Origin: an uncultured cyanobacterium | Lineage (GTDB): Bacteria > Cyanobacteriota > Cyanobacteriia > Cyanobacteriales > CAWCAG01 | Direction of reading: 5' to 3' | DNA length: 64,000 nucleotides | Assembly: GCA_963803805.1 (NCBI GenBank) | Contig: CAWDOD010000006.1 | Span: forward strand, 32,001 to 96,000 | Shown here: positions 33,806 to 44,697 of the stretch, piece by piece | Layout: every line of letters starts with the position of its first letter | Numbering within the stretch: the stretch's first letter is position 1 | Translations under genes and position numbers: made by a program | Notes under the pieces: model-generated | What the model was told of the DNA's origin: nothing | Database searches by the model: none | What the model saw: only the letters and a program-made list of their open reading frames with translations

Positions 33806-34576
33806 ATGTTAGTACCTTATTTCGGTTATAGTTTTGGTTTAGGAATTTTTACTCTATTCATATTTGGTATTTTACAATGGTTGCATATTCCTGCTGGCAA
33901 CTTAGTAGATTGGTTAATTGGTATTGCTAGTTTTTGGTGGCTGATAGCAATTGTGACTATACCTTGGAATATTTATTTTGAAGCGAGGGAAGTATTAGTA
34001 GAAGCAGACACTTCCAGAGAAAGAGGTTTAACCGTAGAACAACCAAAACTAAACTATGTAAAAAAGCTTGCCCGTTGGTCATTAGTCGGTGCGATCGCTC
34101 TTCATTTTCTTTCTGCTGTGACACTTTATATTCTCGCTGCTACAGGTATAAGTGTAGTTGGTTATATTAGTTCAGCAGCCACTTTATTATTAACAGTCTT
34201 ACGCCCTGCTATACGAGGATATCAATATTTAGCAGCTAGGTTGGTAATGATTCGTAGAGAAATAAAATATCCCAGAGAAGATGTTTTAGAACTACGCCAA
34301 CGTTTCACAATTATAGAAGAAACAATCAAAAATCTTATCAGAAAAACAGACCTCGAACAAACAAATTCTCCCCTTTCTATAATTAAAAGTGATAGCCAAG
34401 AAAATCGTCACAACCTAGCTAATTTAAGGGCCACATTAGAACAATTAGAAGCTCGTAATGAACTAGAACATCAGCGTATTTTAAGAGAATCTCAAAATGC
34501 GATCGCCCAGTTAACTGAAGATAGTCAAGTTCTCAATCATGTTAGAGAAATAATTCATTTCTTCAAAGCTGCTTAA
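33806..34576 (+). CDS. Hypothetical membrane protein with C-terminal coiled coil
   Basis: About four TM segments, TIPWNIYF motif and a heptad-rich C-terminus. Confidence 0.8.
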   Translation: MLVPYFGYSFGLGIFTLFIFGILQWLHIPAGNLVDWLIGIASFWWLIAIVTIPWNIYFEAREVLVEADTSRERGLTVEQPKLNYVKKLARWSLVGAIALHFLSAVTLYILAATGISVVGYISSAATLLLTVLRPAIRGYQYLAARLVMIRREIKYPREDVLELRQRFTIIEETIKNLIRKTDLEQTNSPLSIIKSDSQENRHNLANLRATLEQLEARNELEHQRILRESQNAIAQLTEDSQVLNHVREIIHFFKAA

Positions 34577-34587
34577 TTCTCTTTTAC

Positions 34588-37311
34588 TCAATCAAGAGCT
34601 TCTCGTACCAAAATCACCGTCGCCCCTACAGTTTTAGCAATTCTTTCCGGTATGCTACCACGAAGGTTTTGTTGCAACATTCCCTTTTGAGTTGCTCCTA
34701 AAACAATCACATCGCACTGATTTTCTTGTACCCAATTAACTACTCCTTCCACAATAGAAGGGGCGCAAATACTAATAGCCATAACTTGAGCATTGAGATG
34801 ATGATTGAGAGAGTTAGCTGTACGTTGCAAACTTAACAAATCTGGTTCGGTTTCATGGGGATAATAAACTTGGCAAAGCCAAATTTGAGGAGCCGGAATG
34901 CCTGTTGTGAGGCTTTCTAAGAGGCGAATTGCTTTTTGGGAATGGGGACCGCCAGCTACCAAAACTAACCAGCAAGAGGAATAGATACTGCTCAATCCTA
35001 GGGAACCAGAATCACTAAGCAGCGCTGGAGTATTGTGAAGGGGAGTTCTTTTCAAACGGAGAGGAAATCGCCGATTACGAACTTTTAAATCTTGACCCAA
35101 TTTGATTAAAAGAAGATCACAGGAAGCTAATTGGACAAGACGATCAGCTACAGTACTAAGAATACTTCCAGGGGTAGAATTATAACCTTTCCAACCCATA
35201 ATCACTAGATCAATCTGTCGCTCATTAATAGTTTCGGCAATGGCTGAAGGTACATTACGAGCAATCCTAATTTGTTCATGTATGGGGACTTGCCACTTCT
35301 GGGCAACTTTTTTTGCTTCTGCAAGTAATTTATGACTAGCTTGAGAATTAACTTCCGTTTGAGCCGGAAAATTGTGACGAGGAATACAGATAATGGCTAA
35401 GCATTGTAACTCATACTTGCGTTGAGAGGCGATCGCTACAGCCATTTCGATAAGTGCCGAAGCAGTATGAGGATTAGCTAAAGGTAAAAGAATACGTCCT
35501 TTACCTAATGCAGGGGAGCGAGTTTGATAGATTAAATAGGAAGGTTCTGGTTTATTTTCTACTCCTTCAGTACCCGCAAAACTCTTGCTTCCTTGCAAAC
35601 GTTCTGCTTCAACTCGGATAATATCACCACGGGTAATAACACCAATTAACTTGCTCCCTTCGGTAACGGGTAAATGGGAAAGTTTGTATCTATCTAGCAA
35701 GTAAAGAACATCACAGAGAGGAGTGTTAGTATTTACGGTAATCGGTTTGGGAGTCATGAATTCCCTCAAAGGTGTGTCTTCTTTGCGATTAGAAAGTTTC
35801 GATAGATCAGTTTGGGTAACGATTCCTACTAACTTGTTATTTTCAAGAACCGGGAAACCTTGATAAGAGGAGCGAGAAAAAGCTTGAATTGTGTCTTCTA
35901 GGGAAGTATCAACTGATAGAGTTTCTACCCGGCGTTGCATCACTTCAGAAGCGATCAACCTCTCGAATAGAGAATAATTAATAGTTTCATCTTGAAGTTC
36001 AATGCCGTTATGTTCCAAAAGATGTTGATAGAGAGAACCCTTAAATACTGTTTCCCCTACCAAATAAGCAACGGCAGAACAAACCATCAAAGGTAGTACC
36101 AGGCGGAAATCAGCGGTAATTTCAAAAACAATCACAATGGCTGTCACCGGAACTCTTGCTACGGCGGTGAAAAAAGCTCCCATTCCAACTAAGGCATAGG
36201 TTTGAGGATAACCGATTCCTAAAATAGCCATCTCCGCATTACCGCAGAGGTAACCTAAAGCCGTTCCCAAAACCAAAGCAGGGGCAAAGATTCCTCCTGG
36301 CGCACCTGAACCGTAGGCTATAAGAGTAAGGAAAAATTGGGCTACAAAAACCTCGGCGGTGGTTTGCCAATCTCCTGTCTCGCTAGTGACTAAGAATTCC
36401 CTTAAGCCAGCGTTATTTTGAAAAAAAGGAGGCAGCAAGGCGACAATAATACCAGAGATCAAACCAGCTAAACCAATTCTGATCGGCATCGGCAAACTGA
36501 GGCGACGGTTATAATCTAAGCTAAATAGGATGCCACGATTAAACAACGCTCCCAAAACCCCAGCTAAAATCCCCAAAACGAGGTAAAAAGGAATTTCTGA
36601 GGGGGCAATAGTGTTTGGTATCGATTCATTAAAAATGGTTTTAGGTATATTAAGTTCTCCAGAACCCAACCACCTAGAAACTACAGCCCCAGTAAAAGAA
36701 GCAAGGATAGCTGTTTCTAAGGTTAAGCTAGAAACATCCCGCATCAACTCTTCCACCACAAAAAGAACCCCAGCTAAGGGGGTATTAAAGCCTGCGGCTA
36801 AACCCGCAGCAGCCCCCGCAGCAATAAGTTGGCGACGATGTTCTGGGGAATTGGGAACCCAACTACTCAATTGTGCTGCCAAAGCTGCACCAATATGTAC
36901 CGTGGGGCCACGCCTACCCAAGGTTAACCCTGCCCCCAAAACGAGGATAGTACCAACTAATTTAACCAAGGCTACCCGCAGAGATAAGGGAATTGAAAAC
37001 TGGGCTAATACAGCCTTAACTTGAGGAATGCCCCCTCCTGCGGCGGCTGGGGATAATTGTTCTATAACTAAACCGGCTAAGTACCCAAAAACTAAACCGG
37101 CTATGGGTAAAACCCAAATTGCTCCAAACCTTTCTGCTGCTTGGAGGCGATACAATCCTAACCAACCAATCCCTTGTTTAAGTAATAAAGCCGAAAGAGC
37201 AGATACTAAACCAATGACACAAGCTTCAGCTAGGGCATAGCGACTATCTAGGGAGCGATTTCGTGAAAGTCGCGACTGGAACCAATTGACAATTGTTTTG
37301 ATCTTGGTCAT
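34588..37311 (-). CDS. CLC-family chloride channel/transporter with CBS pair and USP-like domains
   Basis: GGGIP, GRRGP, AGFNTPLAG and GGIFAP motifs; CBS repeats; two USP-like segments. Confidence 0.92.
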   Translation of the reverse strand: MTKIKTIVNWFQSRLSRNRSLDSRYALAEACVIGLVSALSALLLKQGIGWLGLYRLQAAERFGAIWVLPIAGLVFGYLAGLVIEQLSPAAAGGGIPQVKAVLAQFSIPLSLRVALVKLVGTILVLGAGLTLGRRGPTVHIGAALAAQLSSWVPNSPEHRRQLIAAGAAAGLAAGFNTPLAGVLFVVEELMRDVSSLTLETAILASFTGAVVSRWLGSGELNIPKTIFNESIPNTIAPSEIPFYLVLGILAGVLGALFNRGILFSLDYNRRLSLPMPIRIGLAGLISGIIVALLPPFFQNNAGLREFLVTSETGDWQTTAEVFVAQFFLTLIAYGSGAPGGIFAPALVLGTALGYLCGNAEMAILGIGYPQTYALVGMGAFFTAVARVPVTAIVIVFEITADFRLVLPLMVCSAVAYLVGETVFKGSLYQHLLEHNGIELQDETINYSLFERLIASEVMQRRVETLSVDTSLEDTIQAFSRSSYQGFPVLENNKLVGIVTQTDLSKLSNRKEDTPLREFMTPKPITVNTNTPLCDVLYLLDRYKLSHLPVTEGSKLIGVITRGDIIRVEAERLQGSKSFAGTEGVENKPEPSYLIYQTRSPALGKGRILLPLANPHTASALIEMAVAIASQRKYELQCLAIICIPRHNFPAQTEVNSQASHKLLAEAKKVAQKWQVPIHEQIRIARNVPSAIAETINERQIDLVIMGWKGYNSTPGSILSTVADRLVQLASCDLLLIKLGQDLKVRNRRFPLRLKRTPLHNTPALLSDSGSLGLSSIYSSCWLVLVAGGPHSQKAIRLLESLTTGIPAPQIWLCQVYYPHETEPDLLSLQRTANSLNHHLNAQVMAISICAPSIVEGVVNWVQENQCDVIVLGATQKGMLQQNLRGSIPERIAKTVGATVILVREALD

Positions 37312-37438
37312 TGATCAATGATGAGTCATCATTGCTCGTTGGTGGCTAGAAAACTTATGATTCAATATTATCCTTAAATTTAAAGATACCTTGTTAATTT
37401 GTGATTAGTTCGGGTTCATTTACTAGGCTCAAATATAT

Positions 37439-38890
37439 ATGAATAAGCAAGCTTTTCTACGTCAGTGGTTTCCCCTTGGTTTAATACTATTATTGGCAGG
37501 GGGACTTTATCTCTACCAACTTGGGGCTGAAAGCCTGTGGAGTGATGAAATCATTAGTATTCTTGATGCAGAAGCTTTACCAAAAATTGTTAAAAAGGAA
37601 CGCCCCCTTTACTATCCCCTCCTACGCTTATGGATGTTCTTCGGTACTAGTGATGTTTGGTTAAGGGGATTATCGGTTTTATTCGGCTTAGGTAGCGTTT
37701 TAACAATTTATCTTTTGGGGAAGAAACTTTTTAGTAAATCAACGGGTTTGTTAGCTGCCTTGTTGTTAGCTTTGTCTCCTTTATTTATTTTCCACTTCCA
37801 AGAAGTACGGATGTATGGGTTGAGTGCTTTACTAAGCCTATGTGGTACTTTAGCACTAGCTTCAGCCCTAGAAACTCCCACTACTTTGTCTACTAATTTA
37901 TGGACTTTGGGGCGGGTTTTGATGCTCTATAATACTCCCCTCACTGCTCCTTTACTACTTCCTGATACTTTACTGATCGGGTGGCGTTTTCGCCAGCAAC
38001 CCAAGGTTCTATTTAAGTTTGGTATCCGTTTAACTTTTATTGTGGTTGCCTTATTGCCATTGCTTTACGCACTAAGTCGCAAGCCAGGGGAAAAAGGGCC
38101 AGATCAAGGAATTAGTAACTTGCCTAACTTCAGTGATTTTCTAGGAAGTTTGGTTAGCTACACAGTTTATTTTCATAAAATCCCCTTTCCTTCAAACACC
38201 ATTGAGTTACTCTATAAAGCCTTTGCTATTCTTCTGTTGGTTTTGTTAGGGTTTGTACTGTTCAAACTCAAAAAATTACCGAAGCTAGCTTGGGTAGCAA
38301 TGTGGGCTATTTTTCCCATGATGGTTTTATTTTTAGCAACTCCTATATCTATTAGACTTTGGCAACCTCGCCATTCTATGTTTGCCCTTCCTTATCTTCT
38401 CTTATTACTGGCCGTAGCCCTAGTGCAACTCTGGAATCGTCAAAAGGTGGTCGCAGTTTTCGCCTCCCTTATCTACGGTGTTGCAGTGCTAGGAGGGCTT
38501 ACTAACTACTACAAAGTACAGGATCGCATCGATTGGCGTGGTGTAGCCGATAAGATTGAAACCGAAGAACAACCTGGTGATGAAATTGCCATCTCCGCAG
38601 AAGTTTTTGGGCGGCTTTTTGCTTACTATTATGATGGTTCTGCACCTATTGTTGCTGTTTGGAAACCTGGCCCTCCTCAACCTCGCCCCCTATCTAAGTC
38701 TGTTATCAAAGAAGCAATTGACGATTTACCACCTTTTTCTTCCCGTCTCTGGTTTATTTATAAACACATTACTAGCACAGGAGAACAACAACATCAACTT
38801 ATTCAAGAAGTGATCGAAGAAGAATTTCAGGTAAGACAAGAACAGCACTTTGAGGAGATAGATTTGTATTTAGTGACTCCAAAAAACTAA
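37439..38890 (+). CDS. GT-C glycosyltransferase (family 39 / ArnT-like)
   Basis: SLWSDE, PLYYPLL and QEVRMY motifs; multiple TM helices. Confidence 0.85.
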   Translation: MNKQAFLRQWFPLGLILLLAGGLYLYQLGAESLWSDEIISILDAEALPKIVKKERPLYYPLLRLWMFFGTSDVWLRGLSVLFGLGSVLTIYLLGKKLFSKSTGLLAALLLALSPLFIFHFQEVRMYGLSALLSLCGTLALASALETPTTLSTNLWTLGRVLMLYNTPLTAPLLLPDTLLIGWRFRQQPKVLFKFGIRLTFIVVALLPLLYALSRKPGEKGPDQGISNLPNFSDFLGSLVSYTVYFHKIPFPSNTIELLYKAFAILLLVLLGFVLFKLKKLPKLAWVAMWAIFPMMVLFLATPISIRLWQPRHSMFALPYLLLLLAVALVQLWNRQKVVAVFASLIYGVAVLGGLTNYYKVQDRIDWRGVADKIETEEQPGDEIAISAEVFGRLFAYYYDGSAPIVAVWKPGPPQPRPLSKSVIKEAIDDLPPFSSRLWFIYKHITSTGEQQHQLIQEVIEEEFQVRQEQHFEEIDLYLVTPKN

Positions 38891-38966
38891 ATGTTTCACT
38901 TTTATTAAAAATTGATTATCTTCTTTCCACAGTTCTCAATATGTCTGTGTATCTTTCATCTATTAC

Positions 38967-39839
38967 TTAAACTTCCTTAAGCAACCAAAATCCTGCAAAG
39001 GATTCTGAGTCGGGATGAGATTGAATAGCTAGAAAGTGAATCCCTTGTGCTTGTGCTTTAGTTTTTTCAAATCCTTTAGCTTCAGCTACAGTTTGACTAG
39101 CTGTTAAATCAGCCAGAATCCAACTATCACTTAAGCCTGTTTCTAACAGTAATTTCGCTTTTTCTTCCCCATCAAATTGCAAAGAAGCCATTTCTAAACC
39201 TGACAACCAACCAGCTAGGGGCAAGGCACGAGGGGAGAAAATAATTAAGCCGGGAATTTTAGTTTCAGGATTAATTCCCATAGCATTTAGGGGCAAATTT
39301 TCCCCGAAAGCAATGTCCCATTCTGCCATATCTTGGAAACTACCCGCTTCCAAGGTAACAAAAGCCCATTTGTCTCCTTTGTCACCGCGAGTAGCATCGG
39401 GTAAAGGGCTAGGGGGTTGGGTAGGATATTGCACTGCTGCAACATTGGCTAATGCAGGGTCAAAACCCGGTTGAGTTGGGTAAATTTCCTTCATCCGCTT
39501 TTCTAACAACTGTTGCAATCCATAGGTACGACGACTAGGAACAGCCATGATTCCTAATTCTTCTGCTGCTTTAACAATCATATTATTCATTTGGCGACGG
39601 AAGAAGCGAATTTTTTTTGGCGGTACTGTTGAAGAGGCGATCGCTTCTTCTAAAGCTTCTCGCAACCAAATTGAATTTACAGTTTTGTTACTACAAAATT
39701 TTGAATATTGAAAGAGTTTTTCAGGGGAACTATAAATACTACTAGGACTTTCGCAAATAAGAACTTCCCAGAGCTTTTTTCGCTGCTCATCTAGTATTGG
39801 TCGAGAATAAAAGTCTAATTCCCAAATTTGATTTTCCAT
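38967..39839 (-). CDS. Tab2/Atab2 family RNA-binding protein
   Basis: WELDFYSRP, VNSIWL, FFRRQM and FAGFWLL motifs. Confidence 0.92.
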   Translation of the reverse strand: MENQIWELDFYSRPILDEQRKKLWEVLICESPSSIYSSPEKLFQYSKFCSNKTVNSIWLREALEEAIASSTVPPKKIRFFRRQMNNMIVKAAEELGIMAVPSRRTYGLQQLLEKRMKEIYPTQPGFDPALANVAAVQYPTQPPSPLPDATRGDKGDKWAFVTLEAGSFQDMAEWDIAFGENLPLNAMGINPETKIPGLIIFSPRALPLAGWLSGLEMASLQFDGEEKAKLLLETGLSDSWILADLTASQTVAEAKGFEKTKAQAQGIHFLAIQSHPDSESFAGFWLLKEV

Positions 39840-39872
39840 ATAAATTTTCAATTATAATTGGCTTATTGCTCT

Positions 39873-41343
39873 TTAACTTACCAGAAAATAAGTCTTCATC
39901 TGCCCCATACCTTTAATATAAATTTCACCACGCTCTTCTAATAAATATTGGTCTTGTAAAAGTTTATAAGTTACTTCACTCAATTGAATTTTACCCGGTA
40001 AACCATGGGATTCCATACGACTAGCAATATTAACTGTATCTCCCCACAAATCATAACTAAACTTTTTCTTGCCTATAACCCCTGCAACCACTGGCCCTGT
40101 ATGAATGCCAATGCGAAGGGAGAAGTCCTGTTGTGTTCTGGTACTTACTTGAGAAATAGCTGCTTGCATATCTAAGGCCATTTGAGCAATAGAATTGGCA
40201 TGGTCATCTCTTGGCAAAGGTAAACCTCCCACAACCATGTAAGCATCACCAATAGTTTTAATTTTTTCCAAATCATGTTTCCCTACTAACTGGTCAAATT
40301 CAGAGAAAATTAAATTGAGAATTTCTACTAACTTAGAAGGAGTAATACTAGCTGCTATTTTCGTAAAACCAACGATATCAGCAAATAAAACTGTGACTTC
40401 TGTGAAATTTTCAGCAATAGTGGATTTTTGTGCTTTTAGTTGTTCAGCAATGCTTGATGGCAAAATGTTTAGTAACAGCTTCTCTGCTTTTTCTTGTTCG
40501 ATGCGTAAAGCTTTTTCTACTCGCAATCTTTCCGTTATATCTCGACCAATATAAATTCTGTCTTCCTCAAAGTTTTGATTTTTCGAGCTGTTTTCTAAAT
40601 AGTTGTTAATAATAGAGCAAGAAAAAGATACAGGAACGCGCTGTCCTGATTTTTTCAAACAAAGTGTTTCTACATCTTGAAACAGAATCACCTGACAAAG
40701 TAAGAGATTTTTTGCTTACTTTACTGAGCAGATTGTTACCAATAATAATCTGAGAAATATGCTGACCGATTAATTCTAATTCTGTATAACCTAAGAGGTC
40801 TTTGGTTGCTTGATTGACAGCTTTAATTATCCCTTTGTCATTAGTAACAAACAAAGCATCAGCTAAAGAATCTACTAGTCTATCAATATAAGCTTTAGAG
40901 GCAGTTAGAGCATCAAGTAAGAGACTTGTTTCATTGCTTGCTTGTACTAAAGATTGTTCTAAACGCATTCTTGGGGTAACATCTTCACAAAAGATCACTA
41001 ACTCTCCATCACTGTTGTCCTCGTCCTGTTTCAAAATAGATAAATCAAAATAAAAATCTGTTCTATCTTCTTTAATCCTGCTCATTCCTTCAAGGTAAAA
41101 ATGAGCTTGTCTTCCTGCTATAATCTCTGTCAAAATGGCTTCCATGCCAATTAATTCAGGAAAGTATTCTTCTATATTCTTTCCTAATTCTACCTCAGTA
41201 AAACCTTCAGAAAAATTATGTACACCTGAAGAGACTTCTTTGATTTTGAAAGCCGAATTTATCTTGACATATTCTAAACTACGTAAAGATATAAATTTCT
41301 GAACGAAGGAATTCATCGAAGATTCTTCCATTTTCACAAGCAA
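39873..41343 (-). CDS. PAS-domain class III adenylate cyclase (frameshifted near 40685-40715)
   Basis: The PAS domain is split across two overlapping ORFs; VLFADIVGFT, KIKTIGDAYM and YDLWGDTVN motifs. Confidence 0.85.
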
Positions 41344-41483
41344 CCCAAGCTGTAATCTTTGTCATTTTCATAACAAAGAGAGTGATAATCTAGGATTATG
41401 GCTACCGATAAGATGCTTCCATTGATACCACAAAAATGGGACGTACCCGTTAAACTGTTCAGAAGTGGTTTACTTAAACATCT

Positions 41484-42575
41484 ATGTCAGAAAGGCGCGT
41501 TATCGTCTCTACCTCTACTCTAGTCTTAACTGTAGTTATAGGACTACTCCTAGTATTGCTATGGCAACTCAGAAGCTTATTAGTGGTGTTGATGATTGCT
41601 TTAGTATTGGCTGCGGCTTTAGCCCCAATTATTGAGCAGGCAGAAAAATTAAATACCCCTCGCTGGTTAGCTGTTTTACTAGTATATTTAGGGTTAATTG
41701 CTGGTTTAACGGGAGTTGGTGTTTTAATTGGTCCTGCTGTAGTAGAACAAATTCAAAATCTTTTCCGCAGATTACCAGCTTATTTAGCCGTTTTAGAATC
41801 CTTAGCCGATGGTTTAGAACAACGTTTAGGATTAACGGACTCTTTCTTAGGAGATTTATTTGATACCCAAACTGTTCTCAATTGGTTTATTGGTTCTAGT
41901 CAACAGTTGTTGGTACGTTCCTACGGAGTAACTAGGGGGATTATTGGGGGTGCTATTAATGTCTTTCTTGTTCTCCTAATTTCTGGTTATATGTTATTAG
42001 GAGCTAACAAATTAATTGATAGTTTGGTTAGCCTTTTTCCTCATCCTTGGAATAGACGATTAAAAGCACAAGTCACCCCTGTTAGCCAACGTATGGGAGG
42101 TTATATTCAAGGAAGAGTATTAGTCTCAATTATTTTAGGTATTGCTGTTAGTATTGGCTTAAGAATTTTAGGGCTTTCAGAATTTGCTTTAGGTTTGGGA
42201 GCTATTGCCGCTATGACTAACTTAATTCCTTTCTTCGGACCTATTTTAGGAGCAATTCCGGCTTTGATTGTGGCCATTGGTCAAGGTGGTTGGCTCTTCC
42301 TTTGGGTTTTGTTATTGTTTGTAATTATCCAAAACTTAGAAACCTATCTTCTAGATCCTCTCCTTGTTGGTAACACTGTTAAGGTTTATCCCCTTTATCA
42401 ACTTTTGGCTGTTTTAGGAGGAGTACAAGTTCTTGGCATTGTGGGGGCGGTGATTGTTCCTCCTTGGGTAGCAGGTGCTTCTGTACTATTGAGTAATCTT
42501 TACCTCAGACCCAAAAAAATTGCTGAACAACAAACTACTAAAATTGATGATTCAGAAACCCTCAACGATTCGTAG
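41484..42575 (+). CDS. AI-2E family transporter
   Basis: Multi-TM protein; NLIPFFGP and IQNLETYLLDP motifs. Confidence 0.9.
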   Translation: MSERRVIVSTSTLVLTVVIGLLLVLLWQLRSLLVVLMIALVLAAALAPIIEQAEKLNTPRWLAVLLVYLGLIAGLTGVGVLIGPAVVEQIQNLFRRLPAYLAVLESLADGLEQRLGLTDSFLGDLFDTQTVLNWFIGSSQQLLVRSYGVTRGIIGGAINVFLVLLISGYMLLGANKLIDSLVSLFPHPWNRRLKAQVTPVSQRMGGYIQGRVLVSIILGIAVSIGLRILGLSEFALGLGAIAAMTNLIPFFGPILGAIPALIVAIGQGGWLFLWVLLLFVIIQNLETYLLDPLLVGNTVKVYPLYQLLAVLGGVQVLGIVGAVIVPPWVAGASVLLSNLYLRPKKIAEQQTTKIDDSETLNDS

Positions 42576-42590
42576 TGGAGAAAGTTTTTA

Positions 42591-42974
42591 CTAAACTTTA
42601 TTTGACTTTCTTAACTCTGGCTGTTGAGCTAAAACAGCAATAGTCCCGCTTCTACCACTTTCTAATTCAGTATCCATTAACAAATCCACTACTTCTACTT
42701 CCACAATTTTCTCAATAAGTTCTCTTAAATCTTGCTCAATAGCTAGGTCTAAATCCGAACGCACCTGTTGAGTTAAGCTATTTTTTCCTTGATCTACCAG
42801 TAATTGTTCCGGTTGAGTAAGGGCGTTTTCAACAATAATTGTAATCTTTTCTTTCAAAAGATTACAGGCTACCTTCTTAGGCTTGCTACCGATTTTGTCG
42901 CGGTATAATTTCTGAATTTGCTGGGAAAGAGTTCTTTCTAGTTGTCCACTTGTGGGTAGGGATTGATCTGGCAT
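42591..42974 (-). CDS. DUF2294 (MpsC-like) protein
   Basis: GQLERTLSQQIQKLY and ALTQPEQLL motifs; ATG at 42974. Confidence 0.85.
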   Translation of the reverse strand: MPDQSLPTSGQLERTLSQQIQKLYRDKIGSKPKKVACNLLKEKITIIVENALTQPEQLLVDQGKNSLTQQVRSDLDLAIEQDLRELIEKIVEVEVVDLLMDTELESGRSGTIAVLAQQPELRKSNKV

Positions 42975-43115
42975 AAGTAATTGAATTGGTAGATATAAAA
43001 AGGATGCTATCAAGCTATAGGTTAATAAATATACAACAAACAAACTATAAATGTATAAGAGAGGGAATTATTAGCAGTATATTAATATTTAACTACTTCC
43101 GTAATACAGAGTAAA

Positions 43116-44297
43116 ATGCCATCTAATTCCCAGCAGCCTAAAAAATATGATGTTGTATTAGGAGGAAAAAAACCTCTACATTCTCACCATGCAGTAATTT
43201 TAGGTGGTTTATCAGGAGTTAAGCATCGCCTTAGTAGTAATATCGTTGCTCAGCGAGTTGCTGCGGTTACAGAAGCAGTAAATTATGGTCAAGAAGGATT
43301 TTCTCTAGTATTAAAAGCGCTCCAAGATTCGCATTTATCAGTACGTTACGCTGCCTACCTACTGCTACCGAAATTAGACGCAACAAACTTAAAAGACATT
43401 TTAGCCGATCACAATCCTTATCAGAAATTTAGCTGCTTATATCGCTATCCTACAGCCCCCTCAACTGCTTATGCCTTAGCAATTAGTCCTGATGGTCAAC
43501 TCCTGGCTAGTGGCGGTAGTGATAGAAATATAACAGTGCGATCGCTGGTTAATGGTAAAGTTATTCGTACTTTAGCAGGACATTGGAATTCTGTATCTAG
43601 TATAGTTTTTCACCCCCATAAACAGGTAGTAATTAGTGGTAGCTGGGATAGTACAGTTAAAGTTTGGCGCAAAGAAGCATTAATTAGAAACTTAACAGGA
43701 CACCAAACTAAAATTAATGTTGTAACTATTAGTGCTGACGGTCAATTTATTGCTAGTGCTTCCCAAGACGGTAAGATCAGAATTTGGCACATCAACCAAC
43801 TTAAGGCAATTTATGCTTGGCAAGCCCATGAAAATTGGATCAATGCCTTGATTTTCACCCCTGATGGTAAGAGTTTAATTAGTGGTAGCTCTGATTGCAC
43901 AATTAAGGTTTGGGATTGGCAAACTAAAGACCTTCGTAACACATTCACTCAACCTCATTGGGTTAAATGTCTTGCTCTTAGTTGTGATGGCAAATTTCTC
44001 GCTAGTGGCTCTCAAGATCAAAGTATTTCTATTATTAATTTAAACACTCAAGAATTGTTGTACACCTTAAAAGGACATTGGGGAGAAATCCATAGCCTTG
44101 CTATTAGCCAAGAGGGACAAACTTTAGTAAGCGCTAGTTGGGACGAAACTATTAATATCTGGCACATACCTACAGGAGTCTGTTTACATAGTTTAACTGG
44201 TCATCAAGGAGCAATTTTATCTTTGGCACTTAGTCCCGATGGGAAAAGAATCGTTAGTGCGGGTAAAGATAAGACAATTCGAGTTTGGGGAGGGTGA
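43116..44297 (+). CDS. WD40-repeat protein with N-terminal VLGG/HEAT-like module
   Basis: About seven GH...WD-type repeats. Confidence 0.92.
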   Translation: MPSNSQQPKKYDVVLGGKKPLHSHHAVILGGLSGVKHRLSSNIVAQRVAAVTEAVNYGQEGFSLVLKALQDSHLSVRYAAYLLLPKLDATNLKDILADHNPYQKFSCLYRYPTAPSTAYALAISPDGQLLASGGSDRNITVRSLVNGKVIRTLAGHWNSVSSIVFHPHKQVVISGSWDSTVKVWRKEALIRNLTGHQTKINVVTISADGQFIASASQDGKIRIWHINQLKAIYAWQAHENWINALIFTPDGKSLISGSSDCTIKVWDWQTKDLRNTFTQPHWVKCLALSCDGKFLASGSQDQSISIINLNTQELLYTLKGHWGEIHSLAISQEGQTLVSASWDETINIWHIPTGVCLHSLTGHQGAILSLALSPDGKRIVSAGKDKTIRVWGG

Positions 44298-44611
44298 ATT
44301 TGGGTGTATTTCAAAATAAAAACAAAAATATCCTAACGAAAGCATTTTCTCATTATTGCTATCTAATAGCAATAATGCTAGTACTAGCATTATTTTTCGA
44401 TAGGCTTTTGAGCAACAAATTGACACTGAGTGCGTAAGTTATGGGTATCTGTAATTAATTCTCTGTTTCTATTAGCCTACAGTAACCATAAGCCAAGCAA
44501 GAACTCGATAGCTACTATAGCTGATTTTTGTTTCACTGCGTAAGCTCTAGATCGAGCATTTTTCTCAACCTGAGCAAAGATCGGGCAGTCTTAACACAAA
44601 ACTTAATATCA

Positions 44612-44671
44612 TATTATTGAAAATAATGTAGATTAGCTATTGAAGCTTATTGAGAATTAAGTTCAATAGCT
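44612..44671 (+). promoter_or_regulatory. Putative Fur-type operator region upstream of isiA
   Basis: AGCTATTGAA...TTCAATAGCT inverted repeat and three TATTGA half-sites just before the isiA start. Confidence 0.55.
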
Positions 44672-44697
44672 TTTGTACTTTTATGGACTTGTAAATC

